Positions 1 to 12,239 of a stretch of 64,000 nucleotides of DNA are shown piece after piece; position 1 is the first letter of the stretch, and each line of letters opens with the position of its first letter. The notes under the pieces are model-generated. The model ran no database searches and was not told the DNA's origin. It saw only the letters and a list, made by a program, of their open reading frames with translations. The translations under genes and the position numbers were made by a program. This stretch comes from Chrysemys picta bellii (taxonomy: Eukaryota). The stretch spans positions 86,738,001 to 86,802,000 of the forward strand of contig NC_088794.1 in NCBI RefSeq assembly GCF_011386835.1, written 5' to 3'.

Positions 1-228
1 GCTGAAATGTATCACTTTAAAAGGCTTTCTTTACTCCCTGTGTTCACCTGTTTGGACATGCAGCAGCTTTGTATCTCTCCTGCTCTCTTCCTTTCAATAG
101 ATGCCTTGTTGATACTTGAGTATAGCTTGCTCTCAGTGATCCATCAGCAGCCCAGCAATGAGGAAAATGGCCTTTGCTTTCCAAACCAGTTAAGATTCTC
201 AGGCAGGTTTGTTTGAAGGAGCCTGATA

Positions 229-593
229 CAGGGCCGGCTCTACTGTTTTTGCCGCCCCAAGCAGCGCGCCGAATTGCCGCCGTGGACGGTGGGGGCAGTC
301 TGTGTGCCATTTGGGCGGCATGCGTGTTTCCGCGGCAGCAGCAGCTTCTGTCTTCAGCCGGAAGACAGAAGCCACCGAATTGCCCCCACGGGCAGCTGAA
401 CATAGAAGCTGCCGTTGAATTGCCACCGGCACGGAAACGACTGTGCTGCCCTAACAGCACACGGACTGCCCCTGCTGTCCACGGTGGCAATTCGGCGCGC
501 TGCTTGGAGCGGCAAAAACACACTGACTGCCGCCCCTTGCAGATTGCTGCCCCAAGCACCTGCTTGGAATGCTGGTGCCTGGAGCCGGCCCTG
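229..593. mobile_element. hAT-type MITE, internally palindromic
   Basis: TIRs CAGGGCCGGCTC (229) and GAGCCGGCCCTG (ends 593). 8-bp TSD gcctgata/gcctggta with 1 mismatch. CpG-rich internal inverted repeat about 246-320 versus 444-518. Confidence 0.85.
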
Positions 594-829
594 GCCTGGT
601 AAGAAGAGAGTGGAGGCATGAAGTGAGTTGAAGTATTCTGGTATTCTCATATTTACCTGGGCCCTGTAATAGCTACAGAGGAGCCATGCATCTTCACTAG
701 CTCCTTCTCACAGAAGGGATCTATCTCCAAAGGTGACTGACTACCTAGGTATAGCAAAGGTGGGGGAGGATTCACTAGCTTGTCTCCCGGATAGCCCACC
801 CCAGCAAGGCCTCTACAATAGTAGAGGTT

Positions 830-1039
830 ACATTTTTAACAGTGAGGGTAGTTGCCCGCTGGAACAGTTTACTACGGGTTGTAGTGGCACTGACAATTTT
901 TAAATCAAGGCTAGTTTTTTTTCTAAAAGGCAAGCTGTAGTTCAAACAGGAACTAATTCCCTGGAAGTTCTATGGCCTGTGTTATGCAGGAGGTCAGACT
1001 AGATAATCACAATGGTCCTTTCTACTTTATAATCTATGA
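830..1039 (+). mobile_element. CR1 LINE 3' end fragment
   Basis: CR1 3' motifs: tttttaacagtgagggta...ctggaaca, tttttaaatcaaggct, ggaggtcagactagataatcacaatggtcc and a taatctatga tail. Confidence 0.75.
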
Positions 1040-4000
1040 AACACACTGTCTGTCTCACTTCAGTGCGTTCCTTCTTGCTCCTCCATTACACAATCACTGC
1101 ACTTCTCCAGCCCACCTTCATTAATCCCCTGCCTCAGATCACTCATCTGTTTTGTCCTGCAGCCTTCCCCAAATGGAGGGGGACTCCAGCTCCACACTCC
1201 CAGCCTCTCATTTCCTTCTGTGCCTTGATCTCTGTGGTCATTGAGAAGCTAATAGAATTCTGGGCCTGTAGTTAGCAGGTTGGAGGAATCTAAAGTAGTA
1301 GTCAGGAAAGTCTCCCCTCCTAGCAAGGATCAGTCCAATGTGACAGGGTTCAAACCCAGTCTTCCTTTCCCACTGCCTTCATGAGGACCGTGCTAGCCTC
1401 CTCTATCAGAGCTTGGGTATTGGCTCCTAACTGGAGTGCTAGCTAGTGGGAAGGGAGTGAGAGTTCAGTGTAACAGCATTCCCTGCCCCTCTGGAAAAGA
1501 AGACTTCCGTTCAGTGACACCCCTGCTAGCCCACCCTGTGGAAGACTGAGAGTGGGATTAGAACTAGCAGCCTTGGAAATTTTTGCCCTCTGAGGCAAAG
1601 TTATCAGTCCTTCAAGGAGGATGTATTGCAGATATTTTGTCATGATGTGGTGAAGTTGCATCAGCCCTGAAGTTATTTCAGGACTTTCGATGCCCTAGGA
1701 AACTGCAGGATAGCATCACACAAGGCTGGACGTTCCCATCAAAGCTGAATTGCCAGCTAAGTTTCAATTTTAGAATAGTTATTTCTGGAAAGAATACAAA
1801 AGGCAGAAAGACATGCCTGGATTCTGCAATACTAGGAGGAGTTCATGGCACCAGCAGCTAGAAAAATGAACTTTAGATCCATAGGCAGAGCATGCTGGCT
1901 CTAGAAATCACAAAGAGAATCAACATGGGATTCAGTCTAGGGCCAGACTATTGGCACAAGCCAAAGTGCAAGTGTGGGTGCAAGTAGGGCTGGCAACGTG
2001 TTTATGCAAAGGTGGCTTAAATCTCACCTTTGTGCTCTTCTTCGTGCAGGGGCTGGTCCCTTTGCACTTGGAGTAGCATGAAAGGTGCCCTAATTTACAC
2101 CAGGCTGCGATGGCCCCAGGGGATAAAAATGTGGCTAAAGATCAATAGAGTTCAAGTGCAGGGGCATCTCGGGCGGGGCATCTTTCTCCTGCTACACTGG
2201 CAGCAGGGAGGAAGGGTGGTGCGAGAGCCCCTGCATTAGCTCTATGCCACTAGAGTATCCCCCTTGCACTGGGAGGATCTTCCCATGGCTAGTTAAGCCA
2301 GCTTTAGAGACACATTTCACTGACAATGTAGAGCCAAGCAGCTGTCCTTTACTGGGGAATCTGTCCCCTCGTTTATACACTGCCTCTTCTGATTCTAGCT
2401 GCCCCTCCTGGCCCTGTTTTCCACCGTCCTGGTCCTTGTGTACTTGCTTGCATCACTGCACAGTGAATGTGATGTTGGGTAAAATGCAGCTATTCTGATC
2501 TGGTAGCATTTTATGCCATCTTTGCAAATGACAGCACAAGGCAGAGGGGAATCCAACTCACTGTGTGGGAACTACTCTCCTGGATCTCAAGTTCCCTGCA
2601 AGATAGGTCTAAAGTTCCTTGCCCTCCTTATCCTTTGGACAAATCCGCATTGACTATGTGGTGGGGCCAGCTGTACTAAGCCATAATAACTGGGGACTCA
2701 TGGGTTGCTCATTGTTCTCTATTTTCAAGTGTCTGTGTTGAAGAGCACTTGGGTAATAGAGAATAAAACTCACCACTAATTCCTCTGACTGTACAATATG
2801 TTTCCACTGCTAATGATACGCTTTGAAAACCATGGAGGCAGTGAACTAATCCTTGTGGTAAGCTAATTGCTGGAAGCCAGGAGGAGAGTGGTTTATTCCC
2901 ACAGAAACTGCTTAGGGGACCTACCTTTCCCAGCTGTAAACACAGTGGCTCTTTTCAGAAATGGGTCTTAACAGTCATGTCCACCAATGGCAAAACTTCA
3001 GAGTCAGTTTTTATGTTGCACATTTGTTTGTTTTAAAGTAGAGGTCCTGTGCTCAGTGGTTGTGATGTTTTGTTTTTTGTTTTTATTAGGCAGAAGGAAC
3101 CTTTACTAGAATTGGCCAAGTAGAGCCCAATCAGACAAGGAAGAAGGAATTTTAAGGTCTTTGGGCACAAATTGCAGTAGCAAGGGAAGGATGTATTTTA
3201 ATGAATAGTCAATAGGTTTTTGAAGTGTATCCTCTCCTTATGCTCCATCCCCATCCAGGAACTATATGATATTTGTATCACCTAGACCCTGTGAACTAAG
3301 ACCTAAGAACATGGCAGAACCACACTACTGGAGACTCCCAAGGGACATGTTTGGTCAGAAAGAATCACACAATATTTTGAGGATTATTATGAGGAATTTC
3401 AGGAATGCCAGATTGGTAAATGGCAGCTAATACAAAGGTTCCTGTGCTGGTTTTCGGAGGAAATGATTCCATGGAATCTCAACTTTAGTGTGATAGAAAG
3501 AAGATGTGTTTTTTGGGGGGGTGGGAGGGTGGAGGAGCTACAGAATTGCTATCAAGAGAACAACAAAAGGGAGAGAGAGAGATTGTGGCTGGACCATTTT
3601 CAGGACCCTCTGGAACATAAGAGATGGTAAAAAGTTCAATAAAGTTGAAAGGCCCTTGCAGGGTAATTATACTGTATGAGAGAGCTCTGGGGTAAGATAA
3701 ATATATTTCACAGTGGGAAGGTTTTTAAAAAAATGTTTTACATTGTCTTTGCCTGGGGTGTTCAGAAAGGTTTAGAAGAGAGAAAGTGCTGTAGAGAAGG
3801 AAATTTGTTTCCCCAAGTTGTAACTTTACTTGGAAAGGGTTTTGGAAGCTGCCATTTTGTTCTCCACTAAATAACAGGTAGAATTTTAGAAGCCTAATTT
3901 GCCTGTTTGCCTGAGACAAGCTAATAGATACCATCATGTTCAACATTTCTAAAAGCAATCTTTTACTCTCTGCTTCTAGCTCCCCAGAAGCTTAACATCA

Positions 4001-5329
4001 TACCTGTTTTACCCTTCTCTATAGCACTTTGTCTGAGGATCTCCGGGCATTGTACAAAGGTCAATGAAGTAAGCCTCATAGGACTCCTGAGAGGGAGGGA
4101 AGTCTTGTTATCCCCATTCGTGAGGAAACAGGCAGAGACAATTTAAGTGACTTGCACGAGGTCACATTAGCAGAGGTAGAAATTTAGATGCTCCTAATTT
4201 TGTGCCTTAGCCATAAGACCCTCTTTCCTCCAGAGCACCCTTCCTAAAGCTGATATGTGTTTTCACTGCCAAATGTGGCTTTCCTCCATTGCACACTGAT
4301 GCTGGTTTTGATGATCACAGTTTGCTCAGAAGAGCTGAGCTGAACATTTTGGTTTATTATTGTAGGGTTGCTCCTGAGCACTGGCTTTCTCACATTGGTT
4401 AGTTATTGTAGGGTTGCTCATGAAGGATGAGCTGGTAGAACTGATTTTCTTTTTTGGAAAGAAGATTGGGGAATACGTTCAGAAAAGATACACACATTTA
4501 AAAAGAACTCTGTGGATTTCCATATGGCTTTAGGAAATCACATAAGATAGGTGATAGTGCCCTGATCTTGATGGTGTCCTCCCTTGAGGTCTGCTGGCTG
4601 CAGCGACAGTGCAGAAGGTGATGGGGACTGCAGTGCTTCCTTAGGTGGCTGGATGCTGTCAGCTCCAGGAGTCACTCATCACTTTGCAAAAACAAACCAA
4701 GGAGCCGTGATGCACATAGTGCTCTGCTGATTGCTACACTTGCTGCCATCCGCTAATACAATGTTTAGGCACAAACTTTCAAAAGTGGCTACTGATTCTG
4801 ATTGCAACAATATTTGGGTGCCCTTCTTAACAGACTAGGGGCCTGATTTTCAGAAGTACTGAGCACCCACTTCTCCAACTAGGAGGTCTGAGTGCTCAGC
4901 TCCAGTGACACACAATAGCCCTAAAGCTGGCTCGGATGGCTGCTGGAGGATTCCCCTAGTGTAGGGGGACCCATGGGTGCTGTTAAGCCACTATAGCAGC
5001 TCCTGGTCCCAACCACCCGCTCCTGACCCCTTGAGCAGGAAGAATAGCATCTGGTATTAATTAGAACAGCCCTGTCCCCAAGGGACCTTTCTGGCAGTCA
5101 GAGACTGGAGGAGTACGAGGAAAGCCTAGCAATGCTCCCTTCCGCTGCCAGTCATGCTGGTTTATTATATGATAGGGGTCAGTCCAGAGACCACTGAGCC
5201 CCAGCATCGGAGGGGGGCAAATGCCTTTGTACACCCCCCTTTCAGCTATGCTGCGTGCTGCTCAGCTGCAGCTGAGGCTTTGGCCCAGGGAGAGCAGAAG
5301 TAGGTCCTTAGCTAACATTATCCTTCTTA

Positions 5330-5657
5330 GGCTTTTTCTACATTTACAGCAGTGTGTAGCGTATCTATGCTGTATGCCCCCTGGCATGGCTATAAGTAGC
5401 AGTGTAGGTGGGGAGGCACTGCTTAGGCGAACATACCAGAACCTTAGAGTATGTGCCCTACACGGCTCTCTACGTGCCCAAGCAGTGCCTCCCTGCTATT
5501 TTTAACAGGGCAGTGTCTCACTGCCAGAGCCTTTCACTGCCGCGTGTAGCTACACACCGCGTGTGTAGCTACACACCGCAGTGTGGACACAGCCTGCTTT
5601 TCACTGTGGCATGTAGCTACAGATATCCTCCAGGCTTCCACCCGTGTAGGCCCGGCC
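5330..5657. mobile_element. PIF/Harbinger-type MITE
   Basis: Degenerate GGC...CTACA / TGTAG...GCC termini with TTA on both flanks (5327-5329, 5658-5660). Internal tandem duplication gtgtagctacacaccgc at about 5544-5579. Confidence 0.6.
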
Positions 5658-6743
5658 TTAGACTCTTTGTTCATTGCTGTGCTGTAATTCCCAGGAGAGA
5701 AAATTAACATTGGGCCTGCCCCCCGTGAGCACCTGGAGGTAGCCAAGCGGGCAAGCTTTGAATGGCCAATCAGTGATAACAACAGAATCTACTGGTTGAG
5801 AAACAGGCAAGTGCCACAGCATAAACTATTAAACACAATGAAAACAGTGACATACATGCCTTTTGAAATCCAGTTCACAGCAGAGACTACCACAGGCTTT
5901 GGGATGAATGCTTCTTGGTAAAGTCACATCTGTAGTTAGGGAGAGCCAGGGATTATATTTTATGGGTCTGTAATTCTGATCTTGTGTACATTAGGATCCC
6001 AAGGTGGATGGGATTTATCAGTTTTTTACGGGTCTTTCATGTGAGTCTGGCCTATAGTCAGACTATAAGGTCCTGAAATTAGGCATCCTCCTTGCATAGA
6101 GATACAAGCTATGTTCTTTAGTGTCCCCACTCTTCTTACAGAGACCATGCAATAGTAGGATAGTACGCAGGAGTACTGATAAGAGAGTGAACTTTATTTC
6201 CTCCCCCGAGTCACCTGACCCGGGTGAGAGATACAAAGGTTAATACACTTGTCACATAACATGGATCAGTATCCACTGACTCCTGTGGCTGTTGTTACAC
6301 TGGCTGTCCCCCACCCTACTGTCAGTGAGTGACAGTCATGGACCCTCAGAAATATTCCCACTTGACCAGGCCATTCATTAGTGATTAAGAAGCCTTTGGG
6401 GACCAGAGTGGAGTGCTGGCAGGAGCCAACCCCTCACTCAGCAGCACTTTGCTTTGAGTAGCACAGGGTTGCTCCTGATAACCCCCCACATGTGGCCAAA
6501 GGACTTAAAACCTTGCTGCTAATACTATGCCTGCAATTCATCTCCAGAGTAGCCTGGCTGGCTGTGAATGAAATGCCAGTCTCAGCCATGGAGTCAGTCT
6601 GTCCCAACAATTCTTCATAAGCTGCTGGATTGCGTGGACAGGCACACATGCATTATTTAATATGATAGTAGCAATCAGAAGATTAGAATCAAACCCCCAT
6701 TCTATTAAGCTCTGTACAGATACGTTCTTAGACCAAGTTTTTG

Positions 6744-7100
6744 TATGTGGGCTGTGCATGTGTATGATGGATTACATGTATGTGCACATAGACCCAGGGG
6801 ATATGCATTTGCATGTGTAGATGCACATGGGTGCGAGTACTCATAGGTGCAGACATAAATAATTACATATGTTTGTGGTTCTATTCATGCCTGTCAACAC
6901 ATGTTGGTGCACATGTCAAATGTGGGTGCATGCCTGCTGGTGCATATAGAAATGTAGGATGCAGGTATGAGAATGCATCTATGTACTTGGGTGCCTGCAG
7001 CCATGTGCATGGGATGTGAGTGTGTGCATGCATACAGTACATATGCCATAAAGTACAGTTATCGGTACAGTAGCAAGCATCTCTCATCCTATTGTAAACA
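6744..7100. repeat. Degenerate alternating purine-pyrimidine (TG/CA/ATGC-rich) low-complexity tract
   Basis: Recurrent tgtgcatg, gtatgtg and acacatg words over about 350 bp with no fixed period. Confidence 0.55.
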
Positions 7101-9956
7101 TAGAGTCTCTGTCTTCATGGCTCCCATGTTAGTGTTGCCATCTGCCAGGCTTAGTTGCAGTTTTCATTCTCTGCCTTACATTTTGTGGCCCCTAGATGAG
7201 GGTAATGGGAAAGTGCAAGCTTTATACTCTTTTACTGCCATTCTCCATGGTTAAAGTCAGTAAAATGACTACATTAATGATGATGTCTTCATGTTCTCCC
7301 TTTACTCCGTGAGCAGTCACCTAGGGAACTGGACTGGGGCTGCCTTACTGCTCCCTTGGCAATGAACGGTGCCTTCTGGGCAGCATGAATGGAGGAGTAT
7401 TACTGTTAAAACCCACAAGGACTCAACTCCTTTGGCTTAGCTGGTAATTGGATTCATGTAATCTTCTTTGGTCATCATTCTTTTTTATTGTATTCATATT
7501 CTCTCCGGGACAGATTTGAGAGATTGACAGGGATCAGCTGCTGCCACCAGCTACAGGATGTACTGGACAAGACACCAGAAGTGATTGGGAAGGTGTGGGC
7601 CCTGGAATGGGAAAGAGACAGACATTAAGAGGCAATTACACAATGTAGGTTTGGGGTCTTGCTTGTATCTTAAAGTGTATTCTTAAAAACATGAATATAT
7701 ATATTTATATTATACAATTTATTCTCACTTATTTTGGTGAATATCCTTAAAAATTTAAACGTAGTGATGATTGATTTAAAAATAAATCTTTGAATAAGGA
7801 ACTGGGAACTGTGAATAAGGAACCAACTTCAGCCTTGTTAAAATTCACCTGAGCTTACATACATACACCCCAGCTGGGGGAACTCTCAGCCTCCAGTCCC
7901 CCACTAATTTGAAGAAATGTCCCATGAAAAACTTTTTATTTTTTTTAATACTGGCAATTCAGAATTAGGTAAGTTACCTTGGATCCTTTTCAAGGTAAGC
8001 TTGCCAGCCTCTATGGGGGTGCAGGGAGGATGTGTAAGATCTGGTAGAGCCTTTGGAAGACAGGGCACAGATCAGTTGATTTGGCCTTGATCCACCACAG
8101 CATGAGAGCTTCTAGGTAGGAGAGTTTTGACAAGCAAGCAGATTGTGTTCTACATTTTTAATCACACATGCACATGACACACATTAACATGTTCCGCAAA
8201 GGGCTTGTGTGGCAAATCTGCCCTGCTCTGTGGGTCCCACATCACCACTTCACTACTGCTAGCCTGGATTCAGCTTGGGCAATGGATAGTGTCTAGCATC
8301 AGAATAGAATGTCAGCATCATAGTTGTGCTCGCTCTCAGATGCGCAGAGTGGGCTTCAAAAGGGAAAGTGACTAGGACTGCATGATCTCTGCATATAGCT
8401 TGCTCTATGTAAAGGACCACATCCCAGGGTTGTTAGACTGCAGCGGGGTATTGGCATGTGTGGTGAAAATATTGGTTGGGAGGGGGCAAGATACACTGGG
8501 TAGAAGAAAAGGTTATTACTTACAGTGGGAGGGGAAGGGAAGAATTAGCTTGCTCCCACTTCTAACTTCCGGAAGCATCTCTCTAGTCAGATGTGAGGCA
8601 GAAAGATGCTATCTTCCCCCTGGAATTTGGGCATATTCCTCTAGCAAAGTCAAACAAGCTTGAGTAGAGAGTTGGTTCCTGAGAAGAGGATTTGGAGAGT
8701 GGTTTGTTGATTCAGTGTGATTATTCTTCCCCCCTCCCCCCCCCCCTCATTTTATCTGCCTGGCCCACAGCATCAGCCTCTCTCTCCATATCTCCTCCCC
8801 AGATCACAGGAATGGCTAACAGCCAAATCCCAATTGGCAAACTGGCATTTGAAGCCTTCATCTCAGTGCCATAACAGTATCCCTCTTCTTGCAGTCCTGG
8901 GCCAGAAAATCTAGCTCTGTATGGTAACACAGCCCTTTAAACGTAGACTGCCAGGCATTTGCTTTGAAAGTGCCCTTGTCAACTGCAGATAGAAGTTCTT
9001 GGCTTCTGTCCTGTCAGCAAATTCTGTGATTAACCACAGAGGCCTTGCCAGGCAAGGAAGGAGTTCGGTACGGTCTGTTCCCAGGTACACAGTGGGGGAG
9101 GATGATGTGTAATTTCAATACTTAGTCCTTTTCTCTCTCTAATTCCATCAGCAGATTGGGAAGGAAGCTCCTAATAGGAAAATGGTAGCACATGCTGCCC
9201 TAGTTTAGCCCTGTTCAGACAAAACATAGAATCATAGAAATGTAGGCCTGGAAGGGTCCTCAATGGGTCATCTAGTCCAGTCCCCGGCAACGAGGCAAGA
9301 CTAAGTATTATCGAGACCATGAATGACCGGTGTTTGTCCAACCTGTTCTTATAAACCTCCAATAATGGAGATTGCACAATCTCCCTCGGTAATTTGTCCT
9401 ATTGCTTAACTACCCTGACAGTTAAGAAGATTTTCCTAATGTCTAATCTAAATCTCCCTTGCAGCAATGTAAGCCCATTGCTTCTTGTCCTGTCCTCAGT
9501 GGTTAAGGAGAACAATTTATCACCCTCTTTATAACAACCTTTTTCATACTTGAAGACTATTATGTCCCCCCTCAGTCTTCTCTTCTCCAGACTACCCAAT
9601 TTTCCAATCTTTTCTCATAGGTCATGTTTTCTAGACCTTTAATCATTTTTGTTGCTCTTCTCTGGACTTTCTCCAATTTGTCCACTCTTTCCCAAAGTGT
9701 GGTGCTCAGAACTGGACACAATACTCCTGCTGTGGCCTTATCAGTGCTGAGTAGAGCGGAAGAATTACTTCTCCTGTCTTGCTTACGACACTCCTACAAC
9801 ATCAATCCCAGAATGATAGTAACTGTTTTTGCAACAGTTTTACAGTCTTATATTTAGTTTGTGATCCACTGTAATGCCCCGATCCTTTTCTGCAGTGCTC
9901 CTTCCTAGGCAGTCATTTCCCATTTTGTATTTGTGCAATTGATCGTTCCTTCCTAA

Positions 9957-10206
9957 GGCCAGGTCTACACTATAAACGTCCATCGGTATAACTATGTCAC
10001 TTAAGGGGTGTGACACCCCCCCCCCCCCCGAGTGACAGTTATACCAACCTAACCCTGGTGTAGACAGCGCTATGAGATTCTCCTGTCCACATAATCCACC
10101 TCCATGACAGGCAGTAGCTAACTGCGCTGACACAAGAAGCTCTCCCGTTGGCGTAGTAGCATCTTCACTGAAGCACTAATGTAGCGTTTTAAGTGTAGAC
10201 CTGCCC
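9957..10206. mobile_element. PIF/Harbinger-type MITE nested in CR1
   Basis: TIRs GGCCAGGTCTACACT / AGTGTAGACCTGCCC. TAA TSD at 9954-9956 and 10207-10209. Removing it restores the CR1 sequence ttccttcc-taa-gtgtagtac. Confidence 0.9.
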
Positions 10207-10981
10207 TAAGTGTAGTACTTGGCATTTGGCCGTATTGAATTTCATCCTATTTATTTTAGACCATTTCTCCAGTTGATCAAGATAATTTTGAATTCTAATC
10301 CTGTCTTCCAAAGCCCTTGCAAATCCTCACAACTTGGTGTCATCTGCAGAATTTATAGGTGTACCTACTATGCCGTAATGCAAATCATTTATGAAGATAT
10401 TGAATAGAACCAGACCCAGGACAGATCCCTGTGAATCATTGATAACTACTCCCTGAGTATGATTTTTCAACCAGTTGTGCACCCACCTTATTGTAGGTTT
10501 GTCTAGGCTATATTTCCCTGGTTTGCTTCTGATGTCAAGTGAGACGGTATCAAAAACCTTACTAAAGTTGATCTATATCACAGCTACTGTTTCCTCCCCA
10601 CTCCTGGACTACAAGGCTTGTAAGGCTTATTATCCTGTCAAAGGCGGTTAGGTTGATTTTACAAGAACAAATCCATGTTGACTATTACTTATTACTTTAT
10701 TATCTTCTAGCTGCTTACAAATTGATTGTTAGATTATTTGTCCCATTATCTTTCTGGGTACCAAAATTAAGCTGTCTGGTCTATAATTCCCTGGGTTGTC
10801 CTTATTCCCCTTTTTATAAATAGGTACTCTATCTGCACTTTTCCAGTCCTCTGGGATCTCTCCCATCCTCCATGAGTTCTCAAAGATAATCACTAATGGC
10901 TCGGAGAACTCTTCAGCCAGTTCCTTAAGTATTCTAGGATGTGTTTTGTGAGGCCCTGCCAACTTGACATCTAACTTGTCC

Positions 10982-11066
10982 AGCCTGGTCTACCCTGAAG
11001 CGCTACAGCGGCCTAGTTGCAGGGGTGCAGCTGAGCTGCTGTAGCATTTTAAGGGTAGACATATCC
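10982..11066. mobile_element. Short PIF/Harbinger-type MITE nested in CR1
   Basis: Termini agcctggtctaccct / agggtagacatatcc followed by TAA. CR1 sequence continues on both sides. Confidence 0.65.
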
Positions 11067-11193
11067 TAAGTAATTGTTAACTTGTTCTTTCTCTATTTTA
11101 GCCCGAGATCCTACGCCATTTACACTGACGTTTCCTGTGTTAGTTGTCCGATGACTGCTAACCTTTTTGGTGAAAACTGAAGCAAAAGAACTT

Positions 11194-11316
11194 AAGAGCT
11201 CTGTGTAGCTTGAAAGCCTGTCTCTTTCACCGACAGAAGTTCGTTCAATAAAAGATATTACTTCACCCACCTTGTCTCTCTTATATCCTGGGACCAACAG
11301 GGCTATAACACTGCAT
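11194..11316 (+). mobile_element. Penelope-like pLTR fragment, family B, 5'-truncated (hammerhead CUGA core missing)
   Basis: aagagctctgtgtagcttgaaagcctgtctc...aataaaagatattac...ggaccaacagggct. Homologous to the copy at 12139-12234. Confidence 0.75.
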
Positions 11317-11529
11317 GAAACAAAAGAAGGCACTTAACACTTTGGCCATTGCTACATTTTCATGCTAAGTTTGAAGGCACCTCTTTCACTTTAAACATTT
11401 GAATTGTAAAGTGAATCTCGTGCTGGAGAAAGGTGCCAGTTTCACAGCCTTGAATAATTGAAGTCCTCCGTTTTTTCCAACTCAACTTTCTAGAAAACCA
11501 TCTCATACTGAGAGCTAACTTTAATAGCA

Positions 11530-11642
11530 GTAAAAAGCAACAGAGGGTCCTGTGGCACCTTTGAGACTAACAGTCTCAAAGGTGCCACAGGACCCTCTGT
11601 TGCTTTTTACAGATTCAGACTAACACGGCTACCCCTCTGATA
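11530..11642. mobile_element. Penelope-like inverted insertion, family A1 (39-bp perfect hairpin plus 3' tail)
   Basis: Arms 11530-11568 and 11572-11610 are exact reverse complements with loop AAC, followed by tail agattcagactaacacggctacccctctga. Flanking duplication tttaatagcagt at 11520-11531 and 11643-11654. Confidence 0.85.
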
Positions 11643-11866
11643 TTTAATAGCAGTGATGACCAATTAGGAAACACAAAAATTATAATTATTTCTTTGTTAT
11701 AACAATCTATGGCCCACTAACAACCCCCATCCCAAGCTGCCTTTTTTCCTTCTTCTCTCCTCCTACCCCATGAATGGACCACTTCACCTTGAACAGTCCC
11801 TTAAAATATGTGTTAACTTCTTATACTAAACAGTCTGTTCTACCTTGTATTTAGCTGTGACAACCT

Positions 11867-12124
11867 GTGTATCGCTACACTGCAATTAAAAACCCAGGAC
11901 TGGCCTGTGCTAGCTGACTGGATCACACTAAGGGGCTATTTAATTGCTATGTATATGCTCGGGTTGGAGCCCAGGCTCTAGGACCCTGTGAAATGGCTCA
12001 GGATGCAGCCCAAGCCCAAACGTCTACACTGCAATTAAACAGCCCCTTAGCCCAAGCACTGTGAGCCTGAGTCTGCTGGCATGGGCCAGACACAGGTTTT
12101 TAATTGCACTGTAGACATACATTC
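11867..12124. mobile_element. PIF/Harbinger-type MITE nested in a Penelope-like element
   Basis: Inverted termini ctacactgcaattaaaaacc / ggtttttaattgcactgtag, plus an internal inverted repeat ctaaggggctatttaattgc / gcaattaaacagccccttag. Confidence 0.7.
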
Positions 12125-12138
12125 TGAGTACATTTCCC

Positions 12139-12178
12139 AGACCTGAGGAAGAGCTCTGTGTGGCTTGAAAGCTTCTCT
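12139..12178 (+). ncRNA. Minimal type I hammerhead ribozyme motif (family B), with a mismatch at the first base pair of helix I
   Basis: AGAC CUGAGGA A GAGCU CUGUGU GGCUU GAAA GCU U | CUCU. Core and helix II (with G-U pairs) are intact. Helix I 3' strand is CUCU instead of GUCU. Confidence 0.6.
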
Positions 12179-12239
12179 CTCTCACCAACAGAAGTTGGTC
12201 CAATAAAATATATTACCTCTCACACCTTGTCTCTAGAAC

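Larger units (their letters stand above)
9225..11190 (-). mobile_element. CR1 LINE, 5'-truncated and decayed (ORF2/RT region plus 3' UTR), interrupted by two MITEs
   Basis: (CATAGAAT)n tail at 9225. Minus-strand ORF pieces LEKRRLRGD...[19 protein letters not shown]...IPEDWKSA..VPIYKKGNKDNPGNYRP and FASVFTKK. Confidence 0.95.
11700..12234 (+). mobile_element. Penelope-like pLTR, family B, interrupted by a Harbinger-type MITE
   Basis: ...ccttgtatttagctgtgac [MITE] gagtacatttcccagacctgaggaagagctctgtgtggcttgaaagctt...gttggtccaataaaa. The left boundary is approximate. Confidence 0.7.
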
